Positions 1 to 13,177 of a stretch of 64,000 nucleotides of DNA are shown one piece after another (positions within the stretch are counted from its first letter, which is position 1; every line of letters starts with the position of its first letter). Source of the stretch: Heterodontus francisci. Lineage: Eukaryota. Made by a program: the position numbers and the translations under genes. The DNA is taken from NCBI RefSeq assembly GCF_036365525.1, contig NC_090406.1, positions 41,631,007 through 41,695,006 of the forward strand, given 5' to 3'. The notes under the pieces are model-generated. The model was not told the DNA's origin. It made no database searches and saw nothing but the letters and a program-made list of their open reading frames with translations.

Positions 1-290
1 AAAACTGACACTACAATGCGAGCGCTGTCTGGAGGACATAGTTTCAGCATGAAAATCATCAAACTTAGAGAGGATAAAACCTCTGGTCCACATGGATTGC
101 ATCCATGCAAATTTAAAAAGAGTTAGGGAAGAGATAACAGAGGCACTATTACATAAATATAAAAAAATCATTAGAAAAGGAAATAGTGCCAGAGGACTGA
201 TGGACAGTTAATGTTTTTTGTATTTAAAGAAGGAGATAGAACTAGTCCAAGAGCATGGGAACAGGAGTAGGCTCTTTAACCCTTGAGCCT
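1..290 (+). mobile_element. Decayed CR1 LINE ORF2 fragment
   Basis: Degenerate DK.PGPDG.HP / G.VPEDW.T.NV-type sequence with frameshifts. Confidence 0.6.
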
Positions 291-299
291 CTTCCGCCA

Positions 300-1090
300 T
301 TTAATAACCTTCTAAATTCCAAGAGTCCAGGTATCATTCTGATAAATTAATGCTGCACTCCTATATCCTTCCTGAGGTGTGGTGCCCAGAACTTCTTGCA
401 GTGATCCAGGTGTGGTCTAATTAGGGTTTTGTATAGCTGAAGGATGATTTCAAATCCCTTCTATTTTATTCCTCGAGCTATAAAAACCAATTTTCCATTA
501 GTCCTTGATTATTTTCTGTATCTGTTCATGACATTTTAATGATCTATGCACCTGGATCCCCAAATCTCTTTGGACCTTCAATGTTTCTAGCTTTTCATTA
601 TTTAGTAAGGACCCTGTTCTATCCTTTAGGTCCAAAGTAGATGATCTCACATTTGCCTACATTCAAATCCATTTGCCACTGTTTTGCTTATTCACTTAAT
701 CTATCAATATCTTTGTAGTTTTATGCTTCCATCTACTCTATTTACAATGTTATCTATCTTTCCGTCATCTGCAAGCTAGAATTAGTGGCTTTCTATCTCA
801 ATATCTAAGTCATGAATAAATATGGTGAATAGTCGAAGGCTCAACACAGATTCTTGCAGGACACCACGAGTCGCATCCTGCCAATTGGACTATGCGCCCA
901 TTATCCCTACTCTCTGTCTCCTGCCGTTCAGCCAATTTCCTAACCAGGACAGTAGTTTGCCTTTAATTCCATGACCTTCAACTTTAGCTAATAGTCTCCT
1001 ATGAGGGACTTTATCAAATGCCTTCTGGACATCCAAATAAATGACATCCATAGTCATTCTTCTGTCCACTACTTTAGTCATCTCTTCAGA
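300..1090 (-). mobile_element. Decayed CR1 LINE RT fragment
   Basis: ORF 890..1081: DVIYLDVQKAFDKVPH...WL..RRQRV, the CR1 RT signature. Confidence 0.8.
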
Positions 1091-1393
1091 AAATCAATCA
1101 AGTGTGTCAGAATCACAGAACTATAGACAAGTTAGATTTGTGCTCGGAAAAATAATGGAATCTTTACTCAAAGATGTAATAGGAAAGCATCTAGAAACTC
1201 AAAATATAATGGTCAGTGGATTTCATGCTTCAAAGGGTCGGAAGTGGTGTTCCACCGGGATCAGTGGTGGGATCACTGTTCACAATGATTTGAGCTTGGG
1301 AGTTCGTAATATAATTTCAAAATTTGCAGACAACTCAAAACTGAGCTTGTATAGTTAAGAGTCAGGAAGAATACAACAAAATACAGGATGACA

Positions 1394-1762
1394 GGTAGCA
1401 TAGTGAAAATGTTAATGAACTACTAATCCTGAGGACTGGACTAGTGCTCCAGAGAGCTAAGATCAAATCCCACTATGGCAGCTGCAAGTATTTAAATTCA
1501 ATTAATTAATAAATCTGGAATAAAATGCTAGTCTCATTGTAAATAATCATGAAACCACCAGATTGTCTTAAAAAACCATCTGTCACTAATCCACTCTGGT
1601 ATTTATGTGACTCCAGATCCAAAGCAATGCGGTTGACTTCATACCTGTCCTCTGAAATGGCCGAGCAAGCCACTCAGTTGCAGTTGGCTCACCACTACCT
1701 GCTCAAGGGCAATTAGGGATGGGCAATAAATGCTGGCCTTGCTAGTGAAGCTTATATCCCAA
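1394..1762 (+). mobile_element. tRNA-derived SINE, inserted in a decayed CR1 fragment
   Basis: Homologous to the SINE at 55051-55458; shares the 3' tail gggcaattagggatgggcaataaatgctggcc. Confidence 0.65.
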
Positions 1763-1798
1763 GACAAATTTTTCAAAATTGCGGAATGGTCATGTAGT

Positions 1799-2977
1799 TG
1801 TAGTGATTTATGACATTAACCCCTCATAGGGACTAAACCAAATCAGGAGTACATCCCTATGAATCTCCTTTAATTAAGTTCAAACCAGACAAATTCTTAT
1901 AGACACTTATTTGAGTCCAAAGAATTGAATTAGCTTTCCCTCAAAGAAAGAAAACTGGCAGGGAATATTACCATATTTTGGATAGCCTATTTTTTACGTC
2001 ACTATGGCTAAGTCATAAATATCCCAGATATTACAAGGGTCTGGAAAACTCAATCCGTATTTCTCCACCTAAAGAGACACAGAGAGGGGGTTCTTGTAGT
2101 TGTATACGGAATACTACATGAAACAATTTATTAACTTTTATATATTTATTATAGAATTTAACATGCATTAAACTTTTAAGTGGATAAGTGTATTACAATG
2201 TCAAATATTACTGAGAGATGTAACACATAATCTTATTTCTAACATAGCCTCCAAGGTTTTAACCGCACTAATGTTACAGCAAAATATCTTAGAATATCCA
2301 TCAAAATTTAAAGTAAACTTTTGCCTAAATTCCCCGAGTAAGGCAGAGGGTGAGAAGCATTGTTTGAGGAATTCAATACTTCTAATGTTTTGCTTCAGAA
2401 CCTCTCATGTTTATACTGTTTCTAAGGTGTCATAGGACGTTTTAGCATATAGATGTTACCTTTCTGTGTGTGCTTTTCTTGCTTTCAAGATCCATATTTG
2501 GTAGTATCATTAAATAACTCTCCACTTAATGTTTTACTGGAAATGCCTTGTTCTTGAAGTTATGAGCATTTATCTGGTCAAAATGTTTATAATTGTGTTT
2601 ACTTGACCTCTTGTTCCTGTAAGTCCATTTCATTTATTGTTTTATTATCTATAATTGCTTTTTTATTGTATGTTAAAGCAACCTTTTGAGCCGATCTGTC
2701 TGCATCAACAATCCCATAAACTTATTAAGTTTATTGCTATCTCTTACTGATGTCACACAGGATATTTCAATGTGTGTGTTTATCTTCCAAGTTCCTGACA
2801 ACAGAAATTCTATTCTAACAGGGACCTTGAAATTTTTTTACTTTACCTTCTTAAAGGGGAATGTCAGCGAGTCTTGAAAACTGACCAGTTATTCAATCTT
2901 TAATTCTAAAAGGTAGGATACATTAACTATATTTAAATCCAACCTAATTAAGCCTATTATACCTATATTCCATCATA
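1799..2977. mobile_element. Probable solo LTR
   Basis: Starts TGTAGTGA, interrupts a CR1 fragment that resumes at about 2978, imperfect 4-bp TSD tagt/taat; the right terminus is degenerate. Confidence 0.4.
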
Positions 2978-3546
2978 TAATTGGCAAATGATTTAAGTGT
3001 GAGATGGTGAATTTTGGTAGAAAGAATAAGACTTTGTAGTAAGGAATTGGTACAGAGAAAATAATTGGATTCTGGATACAGAATATGGCAGAATATGACT
3101 TTAAAATGAACTGCAGTACATTCTCATGCCCTATGTTGATTGCCCCTGTGGTCTAACCTTTCTTCATCTAAGTTTTTGTTGATGCGCAGTCCGGACTTTT
3201 GTGTGGACCCTCGAGGCGGGGTTGAAGGTGGGTGGTGGTGATGGGTGCATGGAGTATTGCGACGGGTGGCTGGGAGGGAATGCGGAGGGTCTGTCATCCA
3301 GCGATCTTCCTGGGGGCTAGATAGGCCAACGATGGCCTTCCCACCCAGAGGCCAATTGAGGCCCTTGAATGGCCGCTTAATGGCCAATTAAGGGCCTCTT
3401 CCCGCCACAACTGGGATCTTATGAGAGGCAGGGGGTGCATCTGCTGAGCATGCCGGACATTTTGTAACACGAGGTGCCCTCCCTGTGGGCTTGGGGTGGG
3501 GGGCGGTCCACGGGGGACCCCCACCGGGAAACAGTTTACCCCCGGG

Positions 3547-3765
3547 TGATAAATTCCAGAAAGCTTGTTATGGAAGGATAATGCTTTTTCTCATATTCAG
3601 TTTCACATTTATTGCGCAGAGTAAAAGGATTACAAAATGTAGCTCTTCATCAAACCCTCCATCAGTCTCAGTGAGTGTCTGCTTATAAGTGTTCAACTAA
3701 GATCCCAATTAACACCCTTCACTTGTATATAATCAAACCATTGACACACAATTAACAGATTAACA
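3547..3765 (-). repeat. Copia 3' LTR
   Basis: tgataaatt...cagattaaca, roughly 85-90% identical by eye to 11279-11502; purine tract on the minus strand at 3766-3783. Confidence 0.9.
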
Positions 3766-5094
3766 GATTCCCTTCTTTCTTTTACAAGACAATTTGGATT
3801 ATCATGCTCAAACAACATTTCAAAATAAATTCCATATTATACACAAAGTATTAAAATGCTCAAACAACATTTCAAAATAAATCAAAATAAATTCCATATC
3901 AGGTACAAAGTATTACATTGTTAGAAGCCCCTCCTTTAGCACTTCTAACAATTTATTTGTACCCGTATTTCTTTTTGTGAAACAATCTGATAGCTGATGA
4001 CTTGCATCTACACATTTAAATTTGGAAATTTCCTTTTTCTCCAGCATTTGTTCCAATCCTGCAAAGTTAATAGGTAGTCTTTTCTCACTCACACTTTTTG
4101 TAGAGTGTACATTGTCTCACAAAGAACGATTATCCACATAACATTCAATGGATATCCTATCTTCAGGATGTCCCTTGTTCAGAATTTCACCCAAAATATT
4201 TGACAAATAGAACCCCCTATCCACTGCCTCCACAAGACCCAATGTTTCTGCAGCTAAAGTGCTTTTAACAACCCGTTTTACTTTCTTAGCCTCCCAAGCT
4301 AAAGGACAACATTTCCCAATTTCACCCATCGGAAATATTATGAAGCCAGCTGCACTCGAATACCTAGCAGCAAGATTAGCATGTGAAGCATCACTAAGAA
4401 TTATTAGCTTCATGTTCTTTGGGTCACCAAAGGATGGGAACTTCAGTACAAATTTCTCCAGATTTAGTTGTTTCAATGTTTTATTTGTCCTTAAAACATT
4501 CTCAACATTTGGATGTTTCATCATCATGCTTAGCTCCAGCACATCAAAACTAACATCAGGCCTAGTCTGAGAGCACAACCAGTTTAATTGACCCACCAGG
4601 CTTTGCAGTTGCACAATCTCAGCTTTAGATGGATCATCTTTCTGTGATGGCCTAACACGATTAGCCGGGATGGGAGTAACACTCTTTAAATAGGATTGTT
4701 GATTCAAACTTATTCCACACTTAGTCTGCTAAATATTGAAACAATATATTTAAAGACCTCACAAGCCTGACTCCCAATCTTAAATTCTGCCCTAATCTTC
4801 TTAATAACATATTTCTTTAAATCCACAATGCCACTCCATAAGAAATCATCAACGTGCATCACGAAGATTCCTGAAAGTTTTCCTTTATGATACCAATAAA
4901 ACATTGCAGCATCTGTTTTTAGTTGAACACAACCAATTTTCAACAAAACAGATCTCACAGAGAAATACCACACCTTGTTCAGTTTCCATAGTTTTCCTTC
5001 TGTATCTGCTGCCTCTTTAGGTGATTTCACATACATTTCTCTCTGAAAAATATCACCTTGCAGAAATGCAGCTTTTATGTCAATGGATCTACAC

Positions 5095-5570
5095 TAAAGG
5101 CCTGCTCAAGTCACAAAAACAGAACCCGACCCAACCCCGACGGAACCACATCGTACGCAAGCCCGACCCGGCCCGAGTCCCTTCATTTACCCCCCGACCA
5201 CGACCCGACCTGAGGCCGACCCTGCCCGACCGGACCCAAGCCCAACCCGACCACTGCAATGTTCACTTTACCTACCTTCCGACTCCCAATCTTCAGGAAG
5301 CTGCAGCATGGGCATGATGACGCCATAGAGACGCTCACACACTCACTGCGCAGAGTCAGAGTTTCCCTGCTTGACATCCCGGACTCGCAGTCCAGGTAAG
5401 TTGTTTTCCTTTGAACACTTACCTGCAATTCTTACTGTATGTGTCCGACTCGGACACGTCCCGACCCGACCCAAGCCCAAAGCCCGGACCCGCAAGAGCA
5501 GCCCGACCAGACCTGAACCCGACACATGTCATCGGGTCCCGTCGGATTCGTGTCGGGTAGCAGGCCTTTA
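5095..5570. mobile_element. hAT-type MITE nested in the Copia pol gene
   Basis: TIR TAAAGGCCTGCT/AGCAGGCCTTTA, 8-bp TSD atctacac/atctacaa, internal CCCGA repeats. Confidence 0.85.
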
Positions 5571-6347
5571 ATCTACAATCCCATGAATATGTGGCCAAAG
5601 GAGCCGCAACGAACTTCAAGATTACTTTTCCAGCTGTGGGAGAGTCCACGCTAATATCAGTATCACCCAGTCGCTCTTCAAAACCCCTCACAACTAACCT
5701 CGCTTTAGCCTTATAGTTCCATCGGGAAGGACTATTTCAGTACACATCCATCGATGTGACAATGCTGGCCGTTTCCTATCTGGTACCTCAGAATAAACTC
5801 GAAACTCTCTCCAACTCTCTAATTCCTTATGTTTGGCTTCTCTTATTGGTTTATCCTCCCGTTTATTGGCAGCCACTAAAACTTCACGATCACGAGGACT
5901 TCTGTTTCTAGTTCTATTCTGAGGCTGCCCTCTAGCCTTCATTTCATTGTGAAATCTTTTCAAACTACAGCCTCTATTAGCACTTTGATGTCTTTCGGAA
6001 CAACTGCTAGAAGATCTCCCTCGTACTTTGTCGGAGGCTCTTTCTCCAGTACGTGATTGCTTCCTTACTTCCAGACCGACTATTAGAACTTGCACTGTGC
6101 TTTCTAACCCTCCACTCTTTCATCCCACTCTGCCAGTCCATGGATGGCTTCTTGGCCATCATCTTGAATATTTAACCAATATTTAAACTTGCCTGTAGAT
6201 TTTCCTGCACGTCCCACAATTGTTGCATCCCTCCATTTATCAGACCCCTCTGGAATATATGTCACCCAAGTACCTACTCGGGGCAATTGGTCTTTGGATG
6301 CAATAGCTCTTTCCTGAGCATCACGATCGGTTACATTACTATCCAAC

Positions 6348-8720
6348 ATCCTTGCTGGGAGGTTTGCTTGTGCTGTTGGGGGGTGGAGGTGGGGGGTTAA
6401 ACTAATTTGGCAGGGGGATGGGATACAGAGTGGAGGTACAGTAGGGGGGTGATGCACAGTCAAATATAGAAGAGAAATTAAGTCAGTTTAGAAGACAGAG
6501 CACATATAGACCGGTTAAGGTACAAACGAATAATGCAAGGCTGGATTGCATCTATTTTAACGCAAGGAGTCTTACATGTAAGGCAGATGAATTGAGGGCG
6601 TTGATTAACACATGGGAATATGATAATATTGCTATCACAGAGACATGGTTGAGGGAAGGGCAGGACTGGCAGCTCAATATTCCAGGGTATAAAATCTTGA
6701 GGCATGACGGGGTGGGGTGGGGGGATGGGGGTGTAAAAGAGGAGGTGGCATTGCACTATTGATCAAGGAGTAAGGAGGGATGATATCTTAGAAGGTATCA
6801 CAAATGAGGCCATATAGGAAGAACTTAAATACAAAAAGGGGGCAAACACTTGGCTGGTGGTACACTACAGGCCTCCAAACAGTCAGGGAGAGATAGAGGA
6901 ACAGATATGTAGGCAAATCTCAGAGAGGTGTAAAAATAATAGGGTAATAATAGGAAGGGATTGCAACTTCCCCAATATTAACTGGGACAGTCTTAGTGCA
7001 AAAGGCTTAAAGGGGGCAGAATTCTTAAAATGCATACAGGAGAGTTTTTTGAGCCAGCAAGTAGAAAGTCCTACAAGAGAAGGGGCGGTACTGGACCTAA
7101 TCCTAGGGAATGAAGCTGGACAAATGGCAGAAGTGTCAGGTGGAGAATTTCAGGGATAGTGACCATAACTTTGTCAGATTTAAGGTAGTTATGGAAAAGG
7201 ACAAAGATGGACCGGAAATAAGGGTAATGAATTGCGGGAAGGCTGATTTCAATATGACAAAATAGGATCTGGCCAAAGTGGACTGGGTGCGGTTACTTGT
7301 TGGAAAGTCTACATCAGACCAGTGGGAGTCATTCAAAAAGGAAATAGTGAGAGTTCAGGGCTAACATGTACCCGTAAAGGTGAAGGGTAAGACCAACAAG
7401 TCCAAGGAACCCTGGATGTCAAGGGATATAGAGGAAGGATAAGGCAAAAAAAGGAAGCTTATGGCAGATTCAGAGCGCTGAAAACAGCAGAGGGCCTAGA
7501 GGAGTACCCTCTAAAGCAGTTGATGTATTCTACATGGACTTCAGTAAGGCTTTTGATAAGGTCCTGCATGGGGGATTGGTTAAGAAGGTAAGAGCCCATG
7601 GGATCCAGGGCAATTTGGCAAATTGGATCCAAAATTGGCTTAGTGGCAGGAGGCAGAGGGTGATGGTCATGAGTTGTTTTGCGATTGGAAGCCTTTGAAC
7701 AGTCGTGTACCACAGGGATCGATTTAGGGACCCTTGCTGTTTGTAGTGTACATTAATGATTTAGACATGAATATTGGAGGTATGATCAGTCAGTTCACAG
7801 ATGACACGAAAATTGGTGGTGTCGTAAATAGTGAGGAGGAAAGCCTTAGATTACAGGACGATATAGATGGGCTGGTAAGATGGGTGGAGCAGTGGCAAAT
7901 GGAATTTAATCCTGAGAAGTGTGAGGTGATGCATTTTGGGAGGACGAACAAGACGAGGGAATATATGGGATGGTAGAACCCTAGGAAGTACAGAGGGTCA
8001 GAGGGTCCTTGGTGTACTTGTCCATAGATCACAGAAGGCAGCAGCACAGGTAGATAAGGTGGTTAGGAAGGCATATGGGATACTTGCCTTTATAGCTGAG
8101 GCATAGAATATAAGAGCAGGGAGGTTATGATGGAGCTGTATAAAATGCTAGTTAGGCCACAGCTGGAGTACTGTGTACAGTTCTGGTTGCCACATGATGG
8201 GAAGGATGTGATTACACGGGAGAGGGTGCAGAGGAGATTCACCAGGATGTTGCCTGGGCTGGAGCATTTCAGCAATGAAGAGAGACTGGATAGGGTAGGG
8301 TTGTTTCCCTTAGAGCAGAGAAGGCTGAGGGGGAACATGATTGAGGTATTCAAAATTAGGAGGGGCATTGATAGGGTGGTTAGGAAGATACATTTTCCCT
8401 TAGTGGAGGTGTCAATAACCAGGAGGCATAGATTTAAGGTAAGGGGCAGGAGGTTTAAAGGGGATTTGAGAAAAAAAATTATCATCCAGAGGGTGGTTGG
8501 AATCTGGAACACACTGCCTGAAGGGATGGTAGAGGCAGGAACCCTCACAACATTTAAGAAGTATTTAGATGAGCATTTGAAACACCGTAGCATAAAAGGC
8601 TATGGGCCAAGTGCTGGAAAATGGAATTAGAATAGATAGGTGCTTGATGGCTGGCATGGACACAATGGGCCAAAGGGCCTGTTTCTGTGCTGTACAACCC
8701 GATGACTCTATGACTATGAC
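6348..8720 (+). mobile_element. 5'-truncated, internally deleted CR1 LINE nested in Copia
   Basis: APE endonuclease (ITETWL, YRPPN) and RT C-terminus; tail tgactctatgactatgac; flanked by atccaac (6341-6347 and 8722-8728); internal jump near 7510. Confidence 0.88.
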
Positions 8721-11260
8721 AATCCAACTCTTGATCTAACTATGCCTCAGGACCTTCATCACAAAACACATGAGTATTTGAGGTACAAGGTGCCTCATTT
8801 CCCTCTGTTAGCTTCTCAGATTCTGAGATTTTGTAATCAATCCCGAATAATTGTGAGGAATGAACCTGAACAATTTCATTTCCATGCATGATAACTACTG
8901 TCTTACTATCACAACCGATTACCTTATCAGGGCCCTTCCATTCCAATTGGCTCTCTCTTTTATCATAGACCCAATCTCCTGAACTAAGTTCCACCTCAGA
9001 TGGCCTTTGACGATGCCTCAGAGCTCTGTGAATTTTCTCAGAGATGTCAGTCTTTTGAAAGTCCATCTCCCTGCATGTAAAGCATTCAAGTATGTAGAAA
9101 AAATGCAACTAATTGTAGTACCTTCTAGAGCGGGAGGACTGTCGCACAGAACAGAAGGCAATTTGGGATTCCACCCGTAGACCAATTGAGGGGCTATATC
9201 CTCCAACCATCTGAAGCGAATTCTTCACATGAACCATCCATGCCAAGGTAGTCATCAACTTGCAGTTTGGTTGGTCAGCTTAGATTTTATGTAATATTTC
9301 ATCAATCACTGCGTGATTCTTTTCACAAAGCCCATTGATGAAAGAACTTTCAGCTGCAGTATTCATAGCCATAATGTTCATGTTTTCATACATATCTCTG
9401 AACACGTCATTGGCAAAACCCCTCCATTATCAGTCAGAAACTTAGCTGGTGCCCCAAGCCCAGTCTCTATCCATTTCTTCATAATTTTGTCTCTAATCAC
9501 CCTTTTGTCCTTCCTATTTATGATTGTAGAAAGACTAAATCTAGTTGCCAGGTCTATAAAATGTAGAATGAAAATATTCTTGTCTTTGTCTTATAGATTT
9601 AAATCCATGGCAACTACCTCATTAAAGTCACATGCCATTGGAAGGCTGACTATAAGTCGTTTTGATGTCCTCTGATACTTTTTACAGACTTCACACTTTT
9701 CACTAATGTCTTCTATTATCCTCGTATACTATTCATCAATCACAGTGCTGCATCTTTTAGTTGGGTTGTTAATCTCTGACAAAAAAGTTGAGCAAATTGT
9801 CTATGTAACTTTAAGATAATTTGTCTTTTATCTTTCTGATTCGTTCCACCTGATGCCATCAGCACTTCTCCAACATTCTAGAAATATCAGGTTTTGTCCA
9901 GGGGATACAATAATGCCCTGACTGCAAATTCACTGGCTTCCCAAAAACAATTGCCTTATCATGCTCCATATCAAGTTTCATCTGTGCCTTTATCATTGAC
10001 GGCTTACTCAACAGTAAAGATATCTCACTGGAGACTGTATTAGTACTACTCTCTTAAGTGACTTCAATGTGTTGTTATCACCAAACCTAAAGCTGGTAGT
10101 ACTTTTATACTCCTTAACCTTGCGTCAATCCTCACTACTGAATGAATCCACATAACAGTGTAACCCATCAGTTCCACATACTGTCAATGTACAAGCACTA
10201 TCCAATACTGCACGCTTGAACGAATCCGCAACCAATACATTCATCACAGGACTAAAACTCCTTGTGACTAGTACATTAGTTAAGGTCCATCAGTATCTTC
10301 CTCTTTTGCCTCAGAATTCTCTGCGTCGTGCGTTATTTCGAAGACTCTGCCTTTCCGCTTAGGGCAGTTCATTGCATGATGATACTTCAAGTCACATCTG
10401 AAACACATATTATCTGTTCCTTGGGCATTCCTGGGATTCATTTGCCTATGATTGTTGTTCCAATCCTGTCTTCCACTGTAATATTCAGACCTGCTAAAGG
10501 TGCTTTCATCCTCATTCCTCCTGTCTTTAACTCTTCCATTGTACTTAGTCCTGCTTCCAGTATCTGGGTTATTTCTAAATCTAGTAAACATTGAGTCCTC
10601 CATTCTTTGTGTCATTGCAGAGTGCCCCACTTGTTCTACCAGGACTGCAGGAAATGACTGTTCCCCCAGGAGTTTCTTTAAGGCCGCAGACATTTGGTCC
10701 AACAGGGAGTCTTTGCCCAAGAACCAAACCCCTGTCCATATGTGACACCCTAACACAATCTAGCAATTTAAAAGCTAGCACTGAACCAGGGGTCTCCAAA
10801 TTGAATTACCTCAACCTTTTATAGTCTGTTGAAGTCCATGATATATTCCTCCATTGAATAACAAGCTGTTTTCTGAAATCTATCAGAGCCTCACCATGCC
10901 TCATAGACATTCAACAGGTCATCTTTCTTGTGAATTTCATCAAGAATTCTAACAGAAGATCCAACCCTTCATCAGTATCCAACTAACAAACATCCAGTTC
11001 AGAAAACACTTTACTTCTGATTTTACTTTTGGTAGGAAGTGACAACATCTTGTTTCCTCTTTGGTAGAAATGTAACCCATGTCCATATATCCACTTCATT
11101 CTTCCACTGGTCATATGGTTCAGACGCCGAGAACACCGGAGGGAAATCAAACCCTGACAATTTGCATTTGCTTTCTGCCATATTTTCCACAATAGCCCTT
11201 GAGATTTTTAGTGTTCAATCCAAAAAAAATGTTCTTACTTTCCAACCTTCAGCTTTAGGC

Positions 11261-11278
11261 AACCATCCTCTGCTGCCA
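11261..11278 (-). other. Primer-binding site, tRNA-iMet
   Basis: Minus strand TGGCAGCAGAGGATGGTT directly inside the 5' LTR; one mismatch from the complement of the initiator tRNA-Met 3' end. Confidence 0.85.
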
Positions 11279-11502
11279 TGATAAATTTGAGAAAGCTTTT
11301 TCTGGAAGGATAATGCTGGAGCCTATATTTATTCAGCTTCACATTTATTGAGCAGAGTAAAAGGATTACAAACATGTAGCTCCTCACCAAACCCTTCACC
11401 AGTCTCAGTGAGTGTCTGCTTAGAAATGTTCAGCTAAGACCCCAATTAACACCCTTCACCTACATATAATGAAATCATTGACACACAATTAACAGATTAA
11501 CA
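11279..11502 (-). repeat. Copia 5' LTR
   Basis: Direct repeat of 3547-3765. Confidence 0.9.
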
Positions 11503-11832
11503 CTGGGACCCCCGTTCCCCCTGACCTGCACGATCAACCCCAGTCCCCCTCACCAGGGCATTCTGGAATGATCCCGGTGACCCCCACCCCCCCCAACCCT
11601 CTTACCTACTTCTGGTCCAGGGTTCCAGCGCTGGGCCTGGGTCCGAGGCCTCTGCAGTACTGGCAATGGCCACCGCTCCCGGTGGCGCTGCCGATACTGC
11701 TGAGCTGCCAGTACTCTGATTGGTCGGAAGCTCATGGTGGCAGGATCCCCATCTTTAAAGGAACTGGGATCCTGGCTCCTGAGTCTTTGCTTGAAAAGAC
11801 TGGAGGATTGCTCCGGGTGAGGAGCAATACCT

Positions 11833-12131
11833 GAGCCCGACTCGACCATCCCTTTACTTACCTTTGGACTCCAGGAAGCTGCAGTGCATGCGTAACATCA
11901 CTTGCTCACTGCGCAGACTCAGTTTTGTCCTGGACTCCCAGCTCAGGTAAGTTTTTTAATTTCAATACTTACGAGCAGAGCACTTACTGTGTGTGTCCGG
12001 CCTGACCCGACCCGGACTCGGTCCAACCCGACCCGATCCGGAAAGCCGGATCTGGAAGAGGGGCCTGATCCGACCCGAACCTGACACATGTCGTCGGGTC
12101 CTGTCGAGTTTGGGTCAGGTGGCAGGCCTTT
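11833..12131. mobile_element. Partial copy of the hAT MITE
   Basis: Similar to 5240-5570, ends caggcctttg. Confidence 0.75.
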
Positions 12132-12139
12132 GTGAGCTC

Positions 12140-12435
12140 GAAGAAAACTAGAGGGCATAGATTTAAGGTGAGAGGTTTAACGGGGATTAAAGGGGTAAAT
12201 TTTTCACACAAAGAATAGTGGGTATCTGGAATGAGCTGCCTGAGGAGGTGGTGGAGGCAGGAATAGTAACAACATTTAAGAGGCATCTGGACAGGTACTT
12301 GAATGAGCAAGGCATAGAGGGATATGGAATTAATGCTGGCAGGTGGGATTAGTATAGGTAGGCATTATGGTCGATGGGCATGATGGGCCGAAGGGCCTGT
12401 TTCAATACTGTACGACTCTATGACTCGATGACTCT
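12140..12435 (+). mobile_element. CR1 3' end
   Basis: TRGHRFKVR... coding end and (gactctat)n tail. Confidence 0.8.
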
Positions 12436-12522
12436 ATCTGTAACAAAAACTCTTCAGATATTGCCTCAAACTTTTCCATTCTTTTACTTTTGCTCTTTCT
12501 GTCTCTATCTGCATATGTTGGC

Positions 12523-13177
12523 ATCAGAAGACCCTCCTGCCTGACCAAGGCAGCCTGAATGGAGGTGGTAGAGGAGGTGTCGAACCTCGGGGTTATGTGA
12601 CGCACATGGGTGCAGTGTCACAAACACCTAAATGACCTGCTCAGATTGGCGAGGGTAAATGTTTTCACTTAAGCTGCAATTAATTTTGTCACCTTGGCCC
12701 CATGTGTGTTTCTTAGTGGGTAGACATGGCATGCAGTAGACACACACCAAATGATTTTGCATAATCTTGATGTCTGGCTTTTGCATGTGATTGGATCGAT
12801 GGTGTGAAAGCCACTCCAGAATGAATGATGTTGATGCATGTTTACAATGCGTGTTCTGCATTGTTTGACATGTCATTAAATCTGTACTGTCTACTGCAGG
12901 AAAAACACACCCATAACCTGAAGGACTGGGCAAGAACAAATGGAAGAGTGCCAAATATTAGAGTCCTGACATCAACTGAGGAGGAGGCAGCACAGACAGC
13001 AAAACAGGAGGGATCGAAATCTGTGGCTGACAGTGAGGCAGGATCCTCAGGGTATAAGTATGAAGTGTCCACTGTAATCTAGCAGCCATATGGGAATGCA
13101 GCAGGAATGTGAGGGAAAATGTCACATTCATGTTGAACTTATGCTGAATGTTCCTCTTTTCGTGTCTCTACTGCAGG
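12523..13177 (+). pseudogene. Spliced Harbinger-type Myb/SANT-like DNA-binding ORF remnant
   Basis: LTKAA*MEVVEEVSNLGVM*RTWVQCHKHLNDLLRLAR, GT at 12655, AG at 12898-12899, then in phase EKHTHNLKDWARTNGRVPNIRVLTSTEEEA. Confidence 0.65.

Larger units (their letters stand above)
3547..11502 (-). mobile_element. Full-length degenerate Ty1/Copia LTR retrotransposon
   Basis: Two ~220-bp TG...CA LTRs; 5-bp TSD ccggg/ctggg; tRNA-iMet PBS; PPT; gag zinc knuckle CFRCDLKYHHAMNC (ORF 10280..10756); integrase TDNGG near 9430; RT HVDDF (4710..5036); RT/RNase H SLVGQLNW..TRPD, SDAS, STLAAE, DNRSL (4117..4707); gag-IN-RT-RH order. Confidence 0.92.

Noticed and set aside
3805-3915. About 50-bp tandem duplication in the Copia 3' region
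   Set aside because: Ordinary slippage duplication; not CRISPR-like and no sign of function.
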